Part shown: in pieces, positions 1-10,767 of the stretch | Numbering within the stretch: the stretch's first letter is position 1 | Layout of the letters: each line of letters starts with the position of its first letter | Source: Phaeosaccion multiseriatum | Lineage: Eukaryota; Protista; Ochrophyta, other classes | DNA: 64,000 nucleotides | Reading direction: 5' to 3' | Assembly (NCBI GenBank): GCA_965112735.1 | Contig: OZ218960.1 | Coordinates: forward strand, 2,914,001 to 2,978,000 | Made by a program: the position numbers and the translations under genes | The notes under the pieces: model-generated | The model's input: the letters and a program-made list of their open reading frames with translations, nothing else | What the model was told of the DNA's origin: nothing | Databases searched by the model: none

Positions 1-95
1 GCAGTCCGGAGAAGGATAGGGGAGAGGGGTTGAGTGTTAGACAGCTCACAGCCCAGAGCGGGCATTCTAGGTCAAGTAGACCAGCCTTCACTCAC

Positions 96-389
96 AAAGT
101 AGAACGAGGGATAGAAAAGATAGGGCCAAGGCAGCGCTCTTCCACCGCCACAGCTCGTCTCGCTGCTTGCAATCGAGCGCACACACTCTCACTCAGTGGG
201 CAGGCAGGCAGACGGGCATGAAACAAGGGGTGGCAGGGGGTCGGAGGCAACAACCGGCTGCACCATCCCCTCACCTCACCTGTGAACAATGCTGTGAAAG
301 CGTAGGACGTCTTCTCGCCCCGGCTCGGTATATGGACGAAGGAAGAGCGGTCGGAAGCCCTTTCCGACCACCGCAAAGCACACAATCAT
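96..389 (-). CDS. TRAPPC2L: Sedlin-family TRAPP subunit (TRAPPC2L-like), 5' exons only; gene runs off the window start
   Basis: Exon 389..280 reads MIVCFAVVGKGFRPLFLRPYTEPGREDVLRFHSIVHS and ends at a GTGAGG donor. This resembles the TRAPPC2L N-terminus (MAVCIAVIAKENYPLYIR...LKFHYMVH). The next exon (~193..96; acceptor uncertain) reads ...VEERCLGPIFSIP and ends at GTGAGT. Not in the ORF track as a single ORF. Confidence 0.65.
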
Positions 390-804
390 CCCCTGCAGCT
401 GCTGCGCCCCTCCTCACCCCTCTTTCCCTGTCTCTGCTACCCCTTCCCTCCCGGGCGACTCCCGTCCTGCCTTGGCCCCGCGCGAGTCGCTGAAGTTTTC
501 CCTTCGCCTAAATCTCCTTGCCGTTCTTCCTCCTCTTTCCTCCCCTCCCCTCTCTCTCTCTCTCTTCTATCTTTCCTCTTCTTCACCTTCAGCTGCCTCG
601 CTCTGCAATAAGATCTTCGACAATAGGCGCTCGGGGGAGGGAAAAGAAGGATCGCGATTATGGCAGTGAGAACGAGAACCCGGGGGGCTGTTCTCTCGCC
701 CCGACTCCTATGCACTCCCCCCCCTTCCCTGCCTGGCTTTGCTGTATCTTGTAGTAGTAGGAGCAGGAGTAGGGCATAGGTTTGCGTGGACGAGAGGAAG
801 GACG

Positions 805-1905
805 ATGGACGAGGAAGGCGACAACGCCAACACTCTTCACTTCGGGCCAGGATTCGACTTTGAGGGCAAGGAGAAGCTGCAGGTGCGGGCGTAAGAGGGT
901 GAAGGACGAGCGAGGATGGGAGGAGGAAAGCCTCTTGCGTGCGTATGTAGCTGCATAGCATTGCTGACATTGTCTGGCAGGGTTCTCCTCTCTCCCTTGG
1001 CTCTTGCCTACGTTCCCATATCTCCCTCCCTCACAGGTTTTACTTCTCCCCCTTGCCGTCGTACCCCTATTGCACGCCCCCTATCAGCGCCTCTGACCCT
1101 CCCTTTTCCCTCCCGCCCACCCTCCGCCCTCTTTTCGTCATCCTTCCCACCCACCCACCCACCCACCCACCCCTACCCTTCTTTTCGGCTAACCCAGTGC
1201 CTATCCAATGCTGAAGTGGCCATCGTACTGGAGCAGCAGAAGGGAAACTACGAAGAAAAAGACATCAATGTCACCCCGGCCTTCGCGAAAACGCTCCAGT
1301 ACGTTAAGCGGTATGGCGCAGGTAAGCGCCGGTCCGGATACCTCTGAGCGACTCTTTCCTTCCCTGTGTGTGCTCCCCTGTGTGGAGTCCAACCCTGCTT
1401 GCTTCTGCATGTCTGGGGCCGCGTCATGCTTCGACTTGGGCGTAAACTACGGCGGCGGGAGGCAAGGGGGGGACGAGGGGTTACTTTCTTGTCTCCCTCC
1501 CCCCCTCCCCAAGCACCGCCCTCTTCTTTCTCTCCTTCGCCGCTGACACGATACCGTCCGCACTGCCCTTCCTCCTGTGGATCACTCCCCACCCCTGTTG
1601 CTCCCTTGTTGCCTTTGTCCGCTTGGCTCCTTGGCCCCTCCTCAGCGGGTGACCGAGACGTGAACGTGGCAACCACCAAAGAGCTGCGCCGAGCCCTCGA
1701 GGCCTTTGAGCAGTACACTGAAGAGGGCCCCACTCAGCTGCACCAGTTCGAAATCTCCGCCCTCGCCAACCTCATGCAGGCAGACTCCACCGCCGAGGAG
1801 GCAATGGCCCTCATCCCCTCCCTCGGCAAGAAGTTCAATGAGGACGAGGTGGAGAGCATCTTGGAGCTCGTCAAGAGTCACGCCTCAAGGAGGATGTACG
1901 GATAA
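805..1905 (+). CDS. RPB4: RNA polymerase II subunit RPB4, 3 exons (805-882, 1198-1321, 1646-1905)
   Basis: Spliced product MDEEGDNANTLHFGPGF..CLSNAEVAIVLE..AFAKTLQYVKRY..LHQFEISALANL..TAEEAMALIPSL..EVESIL matches the Rpb4/HRDC signature. GT-AG introns keep frame, and a CTAAC branch point lies before acceptor 1197. Confidence 0.92.
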
Positions 1906-1926
1906 GTCTTTCGGGCAGTCTACCCC

Positions 1927-1979
<53 letters not shown>

Positions 1980-3191
1980 TGTCTCTCTCTCTGTCGGAGT
2001 TGGGAGTGGAGCAGTGGGCGGCGAACGAGATGGATACTTTGTTCACCGTATGCGGTACCGGAGACGGACCAGAGTGGAGGAGGGAGCCCGACCCGACCGA
2101 TGCGCTCCCTAGTGCCATGCTGGTAGTGCCATGCTGGTGGGTATGGGGCATCCTTGCCTATGCAGCTAGCTTTTCGCCGAAGCTTTCCTCGACTCGAGGA
2201 CTCGCCTTGCTGCGGACACCGGAGTGGCCCACCTAGGCCCGGCGCATGGGTGTGGGGGAGGGTTGACTTTTGGGTGGATATGGCGTGTGCAGACTGGCGG
2301 AGAGTCGATCGGGGAACCAACCTAGCATGGAATCCACCAGAAGGCGCCGCTCTGCCTGGCACACCGGCTCTGGTAGCAGAGACTTGTCTTCCCCCAATGA
2401 GCTTGTTGGAGACGGAGGGCGGCATATGTGTGTCCCGAGGACGGAGAAGCGCCCCAGAAAGGCACCCGCTGCATCTTACACGCGGGGGGGTTTGGGCTGG
2501 GGGTGGGGGGTGGGAGGAGCTTCTCTGCCTTTCTCTCGGCGAGCAGCAGGGTATTCCCCCCCGTGTTGTTTTCGGCTGCAGCTGTTGCTGGGATGGAAGA
2601 GAGGCGCCAAGGCTGTAGCGGGCAAGTGGATGAGGGGGAAAGGCGCAGCCAGTCGTGTCCCGCTCTGCTCAGACGGGCTCACCCACCCTCCGCGGATGGA
2701 GCCATGGAGGCCCCAACTAGTCCCAACTAGTCCCAAATGCAGCTCCATGCAAGCAGGCCGGAGGCTAAGGAGGCCTTTCGGGGGGGGGTTGCAGAGGATG
2801 GCGGTAGACGGGGGGCGAGCGGCCGGCCCCCGGCCAGACGGGCCGGCGAGAGCAGATTATAAAGTATGAATCAGAACCCTGAGAAGCCAGCCAGCACCGG
2901 CATAATACATGTACTGTAGCCGTACAATACCATCGTACGATAAACCGGGTCCCCAACAGGGGTAGGGGTAAAAGATGAAAAAAAAATATAATCGTTCCGG
3001 CCCCCCCCGGGGCTTTTCGTGCTGATCGAGAGTCTCGACATTCAGGCAGTCATCAATTTGTTTGCAAGGGAAAGTATTCAAGACAAGAGAAAACCACAAG
3101 CCCTCAGAGCGAGGGGATTGGACATCGAAAGACGTGAGGGAGGCAGCATTGCCCCCTCTGAAGTAGACACTTCCACCGCGAAAGCGCTGGA

Positions 3192-5511
3192 ATGGTTTGG
3201 CCCATGGGGTCAGATAGCACGGACGAGAACAGTGGTTTGAGCAGTGGGGATGAGGCCCTGGGGGTAGAAGGGACCATCAGCCGGCAGGAGGAGGAAGAGC
3301 AGGAGAGGACTCAGGAGCTGAGGAAGGCGTGTGACTGGTGCACCAGGCGCAAGAGGAAGTGTGATGGGAAGGCACCCTGCAGAAATTGCCTGGAGATGAA
3401 CCTCGGCAGTTCCTGCACGTACAGCCTGAAGCTGAAGAGTGGAAGGTGAGGCAGGAAGTGCTCGGTAGGCAGGGACAAGGATAACCTCGCGGGGAACACG
3501 TCCACATTCAGTCTTCGGCTGTGGTGGAGAGGTTGGCGCAAAATCGAGTCCATTGTCATTTTTTTTTTTCCGTCCATTAGGATACGTCCTCAGCGGGAGG
3601 AAGATTTTTCAATGACCCGCGGGGCAGTAGGGCGGCTGTGGGCGTGCATGGGGCCTTGTACATGTGTTTTAATGATGTATGAGCGAGGAGGGCTCGGCGG
3701 GAGTGCTTCCCTGGGTCGGAATCGGCCACGCGGGGAACGAGGAAGATGCAGAGAGGGGGGGCAAGAATTGGGCGGGAAAGGCGGCATCACCCCATCCGCT
3801 ACCCCAAAGGGCAGGATTACGGCAGAAAACGGCTGCTGTCATGGGCCCGAGCAGGATTGCTCTGTCGCGCCATCCCTTTCCTTCCCTTCCGACCTTCACT
3901 TTCCCGCTTTTTTGGCCCCTGCCCTCTCTCTCTCTGGTCTTGCTGAGTCATATGCACATTTATCCACACACCCCTCCGACGCCCCCTCCCTGCACACCAT
4001 CTACCGCAATGACAGGAAGAAGAGAAAATATGATGCAGAGATGGCAGCGGCGGCGGCAGCGGCGGCAGCGGCCAACGAACCCTATGGAAACGCGCATGTG
4101 GCGGCACTGATTGCCGCCAATGGGAGAGGCCGCGGCGCGCCCATCGGCGTGAACGGGATCGACTCCGCCCGGGCGCGCTTCGGCCCTTCGGAAGCATCGG
4201 GGCTGGTGGGTACGCTGGAAAGCTTTTTCATGGCAACCTATTTGCGCGACTTCAACGCGTTTTGTCCCCTGACCACCGAGGAAGGGGTCATGTCGAGCAT
4301 GATGGAAGTGCTGCGGCCCAGCCTGCCTGGAGGGCTCGGCATGTCATTGGGTGCCGTTTCCGTGGTCCCGTCCTTGCGCAAGGCCAGGCTGGCGGTGTTT
4401 TGGGGTGTGGTGGCGCTGGGGGCCAAGATCAACAACGCCCCCGACGAGATGGTGGACCGGTATGCCTCCAGGCTGGACGCAGCCATACGGGAGTGCTTTG
4501 ATTGCGGGGAGAAGGAAGTGGTGCATGCCTACCTCATTCTCTCGACTCTCGAGGTGTGTAACGTGTGTAACGGTTACGAAACCAAGTACACGTAGTGTGT
4601 GTGGATGATATGGCCGGAAGGGAGGCCACTTGTGCTGTTGTGGCGGTGAAGGGGGGGGCGTGAGGGTGTGGAATGCTGTGTGCGCAACAGATCTGACTCA
4701 AGCCTCGGCAGGGACTCAAAGGGCGACAAGGTGCTGACGCGGCGCCTTGCCTTTCGCTTGCATCACCCGGCTACTCCCTTCCCCCCTCGGCACTCCACTC
4801 TTTGCTTGTCCTCCTTCTTCCCAGACGCTGCGCGGTAACACGGCCAAGGCGAATCGGTATCTCAAATTCGCTGAAACTATGTATCAAGGCCTTGGTAAGA
4901 ACTTCTCCGATGAGCGGCTGTGTCCGCTAATGTACATCTTTACAAACAAGCTGTGGGACGAGGGCTTCATGCACGCAAGGCCCCTGCCTCAGTGCGCAAT
5001 TGACATGTGCAAGGCTCAAGGGGAGGCATGGGTACAGACGGGAGAGGACTCAGGGGAGGCCTCAAGTGCACATTCAAGCCTCGGCCCGTGTGACTCTCAC
5101 ATGGCGGAAGTGGCGCGTCGAACGATGGCTGGCACCAGCGCGCCGCGCCCGCTGGATGCTCTCAAGCTTGTGACGGGGGTGTCCATGTATACGGCAGCCA
5201 TGCTCAGGCCAGAGGTGCAATGTAGAGATATGACAGAGGTGAGGAGGAGGAGGAGGAGGAGGAGGAGGAGGATTTAGTCAATGCTTTCCTTGGCCGTGCT
5301 TGCAGGTCGTGTGTTATAGCGGTTTGTATGCCCGGTCGGCGGTGCTACGAGTGTGGAGTGGAGCTCAGTCCACGCAGCGCAGCTGGCACCCTTCGGCTCA
5401 CGAAACATGCTTTGCGCTCTCTCCCTTCGCCTCCCCCCGGTGATCCTTCCTGCCTGCCTTCCCCTCCTCCTCCTTCCCTCTCCTCCGTCCGTGACTTTCG
5501 CGTGTACCCCC

Positions 5512-5552
<41 letters not shown>

Positions 5553-6646
5553 CACAACGCCCCTCCCAATAGAACCTGAGCAAGGTGGACAATGTGATCA
5601 GAGGCGCCGCACACCTCGTCGACCACACCTCTCTCAGGGAGTGCGTGACGGGTATAGTGCCCATTCGCATCTGGACAGGGGTGGCCAAGGTGCTCAAAAC
5701 GTCCTACAAGGGCGCGAATGAGGATGGGCTCAAACTTGTCCGAGAGGGGGTGCAGCATGCGGTACTGCGGCCCGGTCTCATGAACTTCCCTGTGTGGACA
5801 CATGCGCTTCACTCGGCGGCCTATGTGTTGGCCTTTTTCGGCCCGGAGGAGGAGTACGATTCGTTCCGAGAGGTGTTCAATGCCAACACCGCCGACACCT
5901 CCAAGCTGCCCGACCGCAGCGCCATTTTCTCGGGGGAGGGTATTTGCCAAACGGGCAGCAACTGCACGGCCGTCTCCAAATGGCTTTCTCGGTGTGCTGC
6001 TAACATGGACTGCAACAGCAACAACAATCTTCTGCTGGAGGAGAAGATGCGTGACGAGGCCGGGGCGGCTGCTGCGACTTCTCAATTTCAGAGTCAGAGT
6101 AGTCAATTCTCTTCCACTTCGGAGGGATTTGTGGGGCCGAGTGCGCAGTCCTTCGTGCCCCCTAACAGGGACGCCATTGAAGGCTCCCGCGCGCGGTGCC
6201 CGCTTTCGCTCAAGCAGACACAGGAGGAGCAGAATGAGGTGTTGCTACAACCGCAGAATATGCTTCGGGACCTGAGCACAGGGAGTACTGATATGATGAT
6301 GGCGGCAGCAGCAGCAGCGGCAGGAGCAGCAGCGGCAGAAGGAGGAGGAGCAGGAGGAGGAGGGGGAGGAGGAGGAGGGGGGGGGGATGAGTTTGGGGAG
6401 GATCCACTGCAGTTCTCGGACCTGGACAATGAGCTTGTGGAGTTGGGAGAGATGAACTTACCGGAGCTGGATGGCATGGAGGTGGACAGAGCGGAGGGGG
6501 TGGAGGGGGTGGGGGGAGATCAGGGAGCAGCGTGTACCGAGGAGGAGGGGGAGGAGGAACTGGTGCAGGTGCTGCAGGCTTCGTTTGGCATGCCGGGCAT
6601 GGTGTCGAGGGAGAACAGTTTCTCCAATGCGCTGCTGTCGGCATAG
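3192..6646 (+). CDS. Zn(II)2Cys6 binuclear-cluster transcription factor, 4 exons (3192-3445, 4016-4553, 4825-5238, 5573-6646)
   Basis: ACDWCTRRKRKCDGKAPCRNCLEMNLGSSC fits C-X2-C-X6-C-X5-C-X2-C-X8-C, followed by basic KSGRKKRK across the splice. Acidic C-terminal region is activation-domain-like. All junctions are GT-AG and in phase. Confidence 0.85.
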
Positions 6647-7177
6647 CGGTGCTTACCTGCATCGAAACGGGGGAGGGGGAGGGAAGGAGGTATGGGGGAT
6701 TTGGGTATAAGGAGCTAGAGCGGTGGCCGGAACAAGTGAAGCAAAGCACGGGAGCCGCTGGGCTTGATTTTTTATACTTCGTAGTATTGATTTATTTTTG
6801 TACTGACGGGCGAGAGGCCGCGTTGTGCAAGTGTGCATAGGAGGAGGGGGAGGGGCGAGGGGTTTTTGGGAGGGGAACAGAGGGTGCAGGAGCGCGTTTA
6901 GACTATACAATACCACGTTTGTAAGACTAAAAGCAAGTTACTTTCTACGGTGTTTTCATATGTGTTACTCACTTTTCCGGGGCATACGTAAGTAAGCAAG
7001 GAGTGGAGGGGGAGAGAGGGTGTGTGTGTTATTATGGAGTGGTGGGCAGCGGCTGATCACGTTCAAAAACGAGTGAAAGAAAGGGTTTCCGAGCTGCCAT
7101 TTTTGTTTCTTTGAAATTTGACATCCCACTATCCCCACTCGCCCCTGGCTCCTTCTTTAGACCCCTTGCGTTGGGGT

Positions 7178-7786
7178 ATGCTGTCCTCTTCGGAAATGAG
7201 TGCTTGGGGGGTCGGCAGCAGTGGCACCAGCAGTACCAGCCCTCTCTCAGCCCACCTGTTGCTCAGAAGAGAGGAGACAACGAGCAGACGGAATGCCCTC
7301 TTGTCTTTGCGCGGAGGAGGCGGGGCAGTGAAGAAGAGGAAGAAGGCACGGTCTGCGAAATCAGCGGCAGCAGCAGCAGCGGAAGTAGGGGGAGCCTCGG
7401 GAAGAGGCGAAGGAGCCGGGGCGGCAGCAGTACGAGTTGGAAGGAGGCGGCGTAGTGTGCGGGGTCGGCGGCGGCGTGGGGGAACGCCCCCAACCATACC
7501 TCAGTTGATTCTCAAGGGCCTCGCTCTACCCATCGTTTTGGTGGTAAGCTTGCTGCAGAGCTTGCTGTCCTTAGTCAGCCCTGCCTACCGCCGGAGGAGG
7601 AAGGAGCGCCGCGCCGCCGGCCTCCTGGAGAAGAGGCAGCAGTCTTTGGCCAGCGAGCCCACTAACGCGCTGGAGAGTCGCATGACGAGCGCGCAGGTAC
7701 TGCAGCGGCGCAAGAAAGTCGGTGTGATGCATTCTTTAATCGATATCCCCGCCGCCCCAGCAGCGCGGAAGGGTGGATGAGGGTAG
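7178..7786 (+). CDS. Selenoprotein K/S-like single-TM protein; TGA 7778-7780 read as Sec (C-terminus ...RKGGUG*)
   Basis: One hydrophobic helix (LILKGLALPIVLVVSLLQSLLSLVSP) and a basic tail ending GGT GGA TGA GGG TAG TGA = G-G-U-G-stop-stop. SECIS-like hairpin about 240 nt downstream. Start codon uncertain. Confidence 0.75.
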
Positions 7787-8015
7787 TGAGAAGGCCAGGG
7801 CATGAGGGAAGGGGGTGCGGTGATGGGGGGATGAAGAGGAACAGAGCCGACGGGATTTACCTGCTGTTCTCCTCCCCCCCCCCTCCTCCCTCTTTGTATG
7901 CTCTGACTTTCTCACAACCTGGACAAGCTTGACACATGCACAGCAGAGTACAGGCACTGTCCATTCTTTTTGTACATACACGTAGAGCCGTGCACGCCTC
8001 ATCACCCCCATACGC

Positions 8016-8080
8016 CTGCGGAATGACGAGCCAGCAAAGAATGACCAGCAAAGGTCGCGGACTGGCTCCGATCACAGCAG
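8016..8080 (+). promoter_or_regulatory. SECIS element (type II) in the 3' UTR of the SelK/S-like gene
   Basis: ATGA 8023-8026; helix II GAGCCAG 8028-8034 / CTGGCTC 8062-8068; AA 8040-8041; minihelix TGACC 8042-8046 / GGTCG 8053-8057; CGAT 8069-8072; helix I CTGC 8016-8019 / GCAG 8077-8080. Confidence 0.72.
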
Positions 8081-9080
8081 TAGCACGGGAGGGGGGGGGG
8101 GCAGAGAGCGAGCGGCAGGGTGGGGCAGGCAGGGTCCGCACCCGTTCAGGTGTGGGGGGGGCGCTGCTTTCCCAAAAAAAACAAAAAAACAAAATCAAAA
8201 ATCCTAAATCCCAAATCCCGACTTTTCGCATACACCCAATTCAATTTGTTGATAGAGTGAATAACTGATTGAATGCATCTCCGCATGGATTTAAATCACT
8301 ACAAAAGTGCATTCCAACATTTCAACGCTGCTCGCTCGCCACAGTAATATCCCTCGCTCTCCTCTTTAATCTCCACACAACCTCTCCGAGCACTCCAGGT
8401 CCGCTCCTCCTCTGCCACAATGTACTACTTTGGCCCGCCTTGCCCGACTGCCCTGACCTTCCCTCCCACCACCTCCCCTTCCCTTCATCTCCGCAGTCCT
8501 AGCCCCTCACCCTGAGAGAGTCTCCGTTGCTTCCTGTGACGACACGTAGGGCACGCTACTCGGACCCGCTGACGCCCCCATTCGGGTCCCACCTCCTCGA
8601 TCTCCAACGAGGACCTATGCATCACTCGTACCCACAACAGATGCAATACAGAACCCTTGCAGCTCTCGCTCGCCACCTCCAGCGTGGTCTCGAGCCTTAC
8701 GCCACTCTCCTGCGGCGGCAGTCCTCTCTCCTCTCGTGTTGGTGCACGTGGCGTCGCCAGGCGAATGAGATCGAAGGGCGTCTGCGAGGGGAGGCGGAGA
8801 CAATGGCTGTTGCCTGCCTCAGTCGGCCGGTCAAAGTCTGCACTCAGACCTGTCTTGCGGACCACCTCACCTCCAAAGAGTGCGACATTGAAGCTCCTTC
8901 CCGCCGTCCTCCTCGTTCATATCATCAGTGTGTCCGCTTCGCCTTAAGAGTACTCCTCCTCCTTCTACTCAATAATCCTCACTCCAAGGCCTTTTGAAGA
9001 ACTCCACTTCAAGGCCTTCTGGCAGCTGAGCAGAGAGCTTGTATCCCTCCAAAGCCTCGAGTCGCTCCAGACCTGCAGGT

Positions 9081-9430
9081 AGATCCGATAGGGGCTGGTT
9101 ATACTCCCCTCTGGAGGTGGGAGGGGAGTATAACCAGCCCCTATCGGATCTGCCGGACGGGCTGAAGGAGCTGACGTTTGCCTATGGCTCGAAGTTTAAT
9201 CATCCGTTAACCCTGCCTGCCTCTCTTCGGACTCTGAAGGAGCTGACATTTGCCTATGGCTCGAAGCTTAATCATCCGCTAACCCTGCCTGCCTCTGGGG
9301 AGTCCGAAGAGAGGTAGGCAGGGTTAACGGATGATTAAACTTCGTCCGAAGAGAGGCAGGCAGGGATAACGGATGATTAAACTTCGAGCCATAGGCAAAT
9401 ACCAGCTCCTTCAGCCCGTCCGGCAGACTG
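9081..9430. pseudogene. Scrambled FNIP-repeat (LRR-like) fragments in direct and inverted orientation
   Basis: Plus strand reads GGEYNQPLSDLPDGLKELTFAYGSKFNHPLTLPASL with the unit partly duplicated. Copies at 9301-9428 are inverted. Perfect 31-bp inverted repeat 9081-9111 / 9121-9151. Confidence 0.7.
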
Positions 9431-10381
9431 AGAGCCATGTCTGGATGCCCGCAGCATGGGGCAATCACCAAGAGGGTGTAGCCTGCGCGCTGCATCACGC
9501 GATCGAATGGTGCGCCGGCGTCCAGAAGGTAGTCCAAGACAGGAGGTAGTCCAAGACAGGAGGTAGTCCAAGACAGGAGGTAGTCCAAGACAGGAGGTAG
9601 TCCAAGACAGTGTGGTGCCCTTCTTGAGCCGCGAGATAGACCGGGGTGGCTCCTGTGTCGCCGTCCACCTCCACGCTCGCGCCCACAAAGAGAAGGCGCT
9701 TCACCGCTGCAGCGTGACCATTTTGGGAGGCGAAGGAAAGAGCAGTCTCAACCGCTCCTACCGTGTGTGTGGGGTATCAAGCTCTGCCCCTGCGACTAGG
9801 AGGGTAGTGTCCAGAGTTGCTCCTTGGCCGCTCCCCGCCGCAGCGATGATGGGTGTGTTCCCGTCGTCTGCCGCAGTGAGGTTGGGCCCCCCTGCGAGGA
9901 GCTTCTCCACCAAGCATGTGTATCCATGTTGGGCGGCAGCGAAGAGTGGAGTGCACCCCTTGTAGGTCGGGATATCAACACCAGCGCGCACTGAGAGGAG
10001 CACGTCCACACACTCACGGCTCCCTCTGCATGCAGCGAAGAATAAGAGGCGTCGTCCCGTTGGCATTGGTCTGGTCGACTAAGCCCCCTGCCTCCAACAG
10101 CCTCTTTAGCACCTCAATCTCTATCGTAGTCGCAGGCCACGAGCAAAGGCGTCGTGTGTCCCTCCTCCCCAACCCGACTCGCATGGCTCGGGGAGGCCCC
10201 CTGCTGTAGCAGAGCATCTACGGCATCGAGTCGGCCGCATCCGAGAGCCCACTGTTCGGTGAAGCTGCCGCTCAAGAGGTTGCTCGAGGCTCTCCGACCC
10301 GTGCCTGGTCTTTAGGCTTTCCACCTTTGCTCTGATGCTCGCCACGCCCTCTCTGCCGTCAAGAGCCTCGCGCGAAGACAT
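9430..10381 (-). pseudogene. Ankyrin-repeat pseudogene (frameshifts and stops), joined to FNIP fragments
   Basis: Ankyrin motifs in shifting frames: GCTPLFAAAQHGYTCLVEKLL, GNTPIIAAAGSG, GATPVYLAAQEGHHTVLDYLL, LLEAGGLVDQTNANGTTPL. No introns explain the frame changes. Confidence 0.75.
9527..9610. repeat. 17-bp tandem repeat x5 (AGGTAGTCCAAGACAGG)
   Basis: Five consecutive copies inside the ankyrin pseudogene; the unit length is not a multiple of 3. Confidence 0.9.
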
Positions 10382-10767
10382 ACCGCCTGATGAAAGGGCA
10401 GGGAAGAAAGAGGAAAGGAAGGAATAGGGGATTAGATGTTAGATTTCCCGGGAAGGGTTCAAGGGGTGCGAGTCCCGACGGGGTGTGAAAGCTCTGTGAA
10501 CGCAAAAGGAAGCGGGCGACGGTTCATCATTTTATATTTCATAGCGAAGGGGTGGTTCAGGTGTTGGGTGGTTCAGGTGTTAAAAGAGGACATAGACAGA
10601 GCACATATACCTCAGAACTGACTGTATGGCGCATGACGAGGATGTCCAGACAAGAAAAGAGGGGGGAGAAGGGAAGGAAAAGGCGATGGGAGCGTCGCCA
10701 TTTGAAGGCCGAACTGACAACAAGCGATACCAGCCAGCCTCCTGCTCATGTTTATCAAAAAGTAGCT

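Noticed and set aside
7830-7875. Alternative SECIS starting at ATGA AGAGGAACAG
   Set aside because: A partial stem forms, but there is no 3' GA partner or apical AA. The 8016-8080 candidate fits far better.
8269-8997. ORFs 8527-8997 (+) and 8485-8865 (-)
   Set aside because: No recognisable domain or consistent splice structure. Possibly decayed sequence next to the pseudogene.
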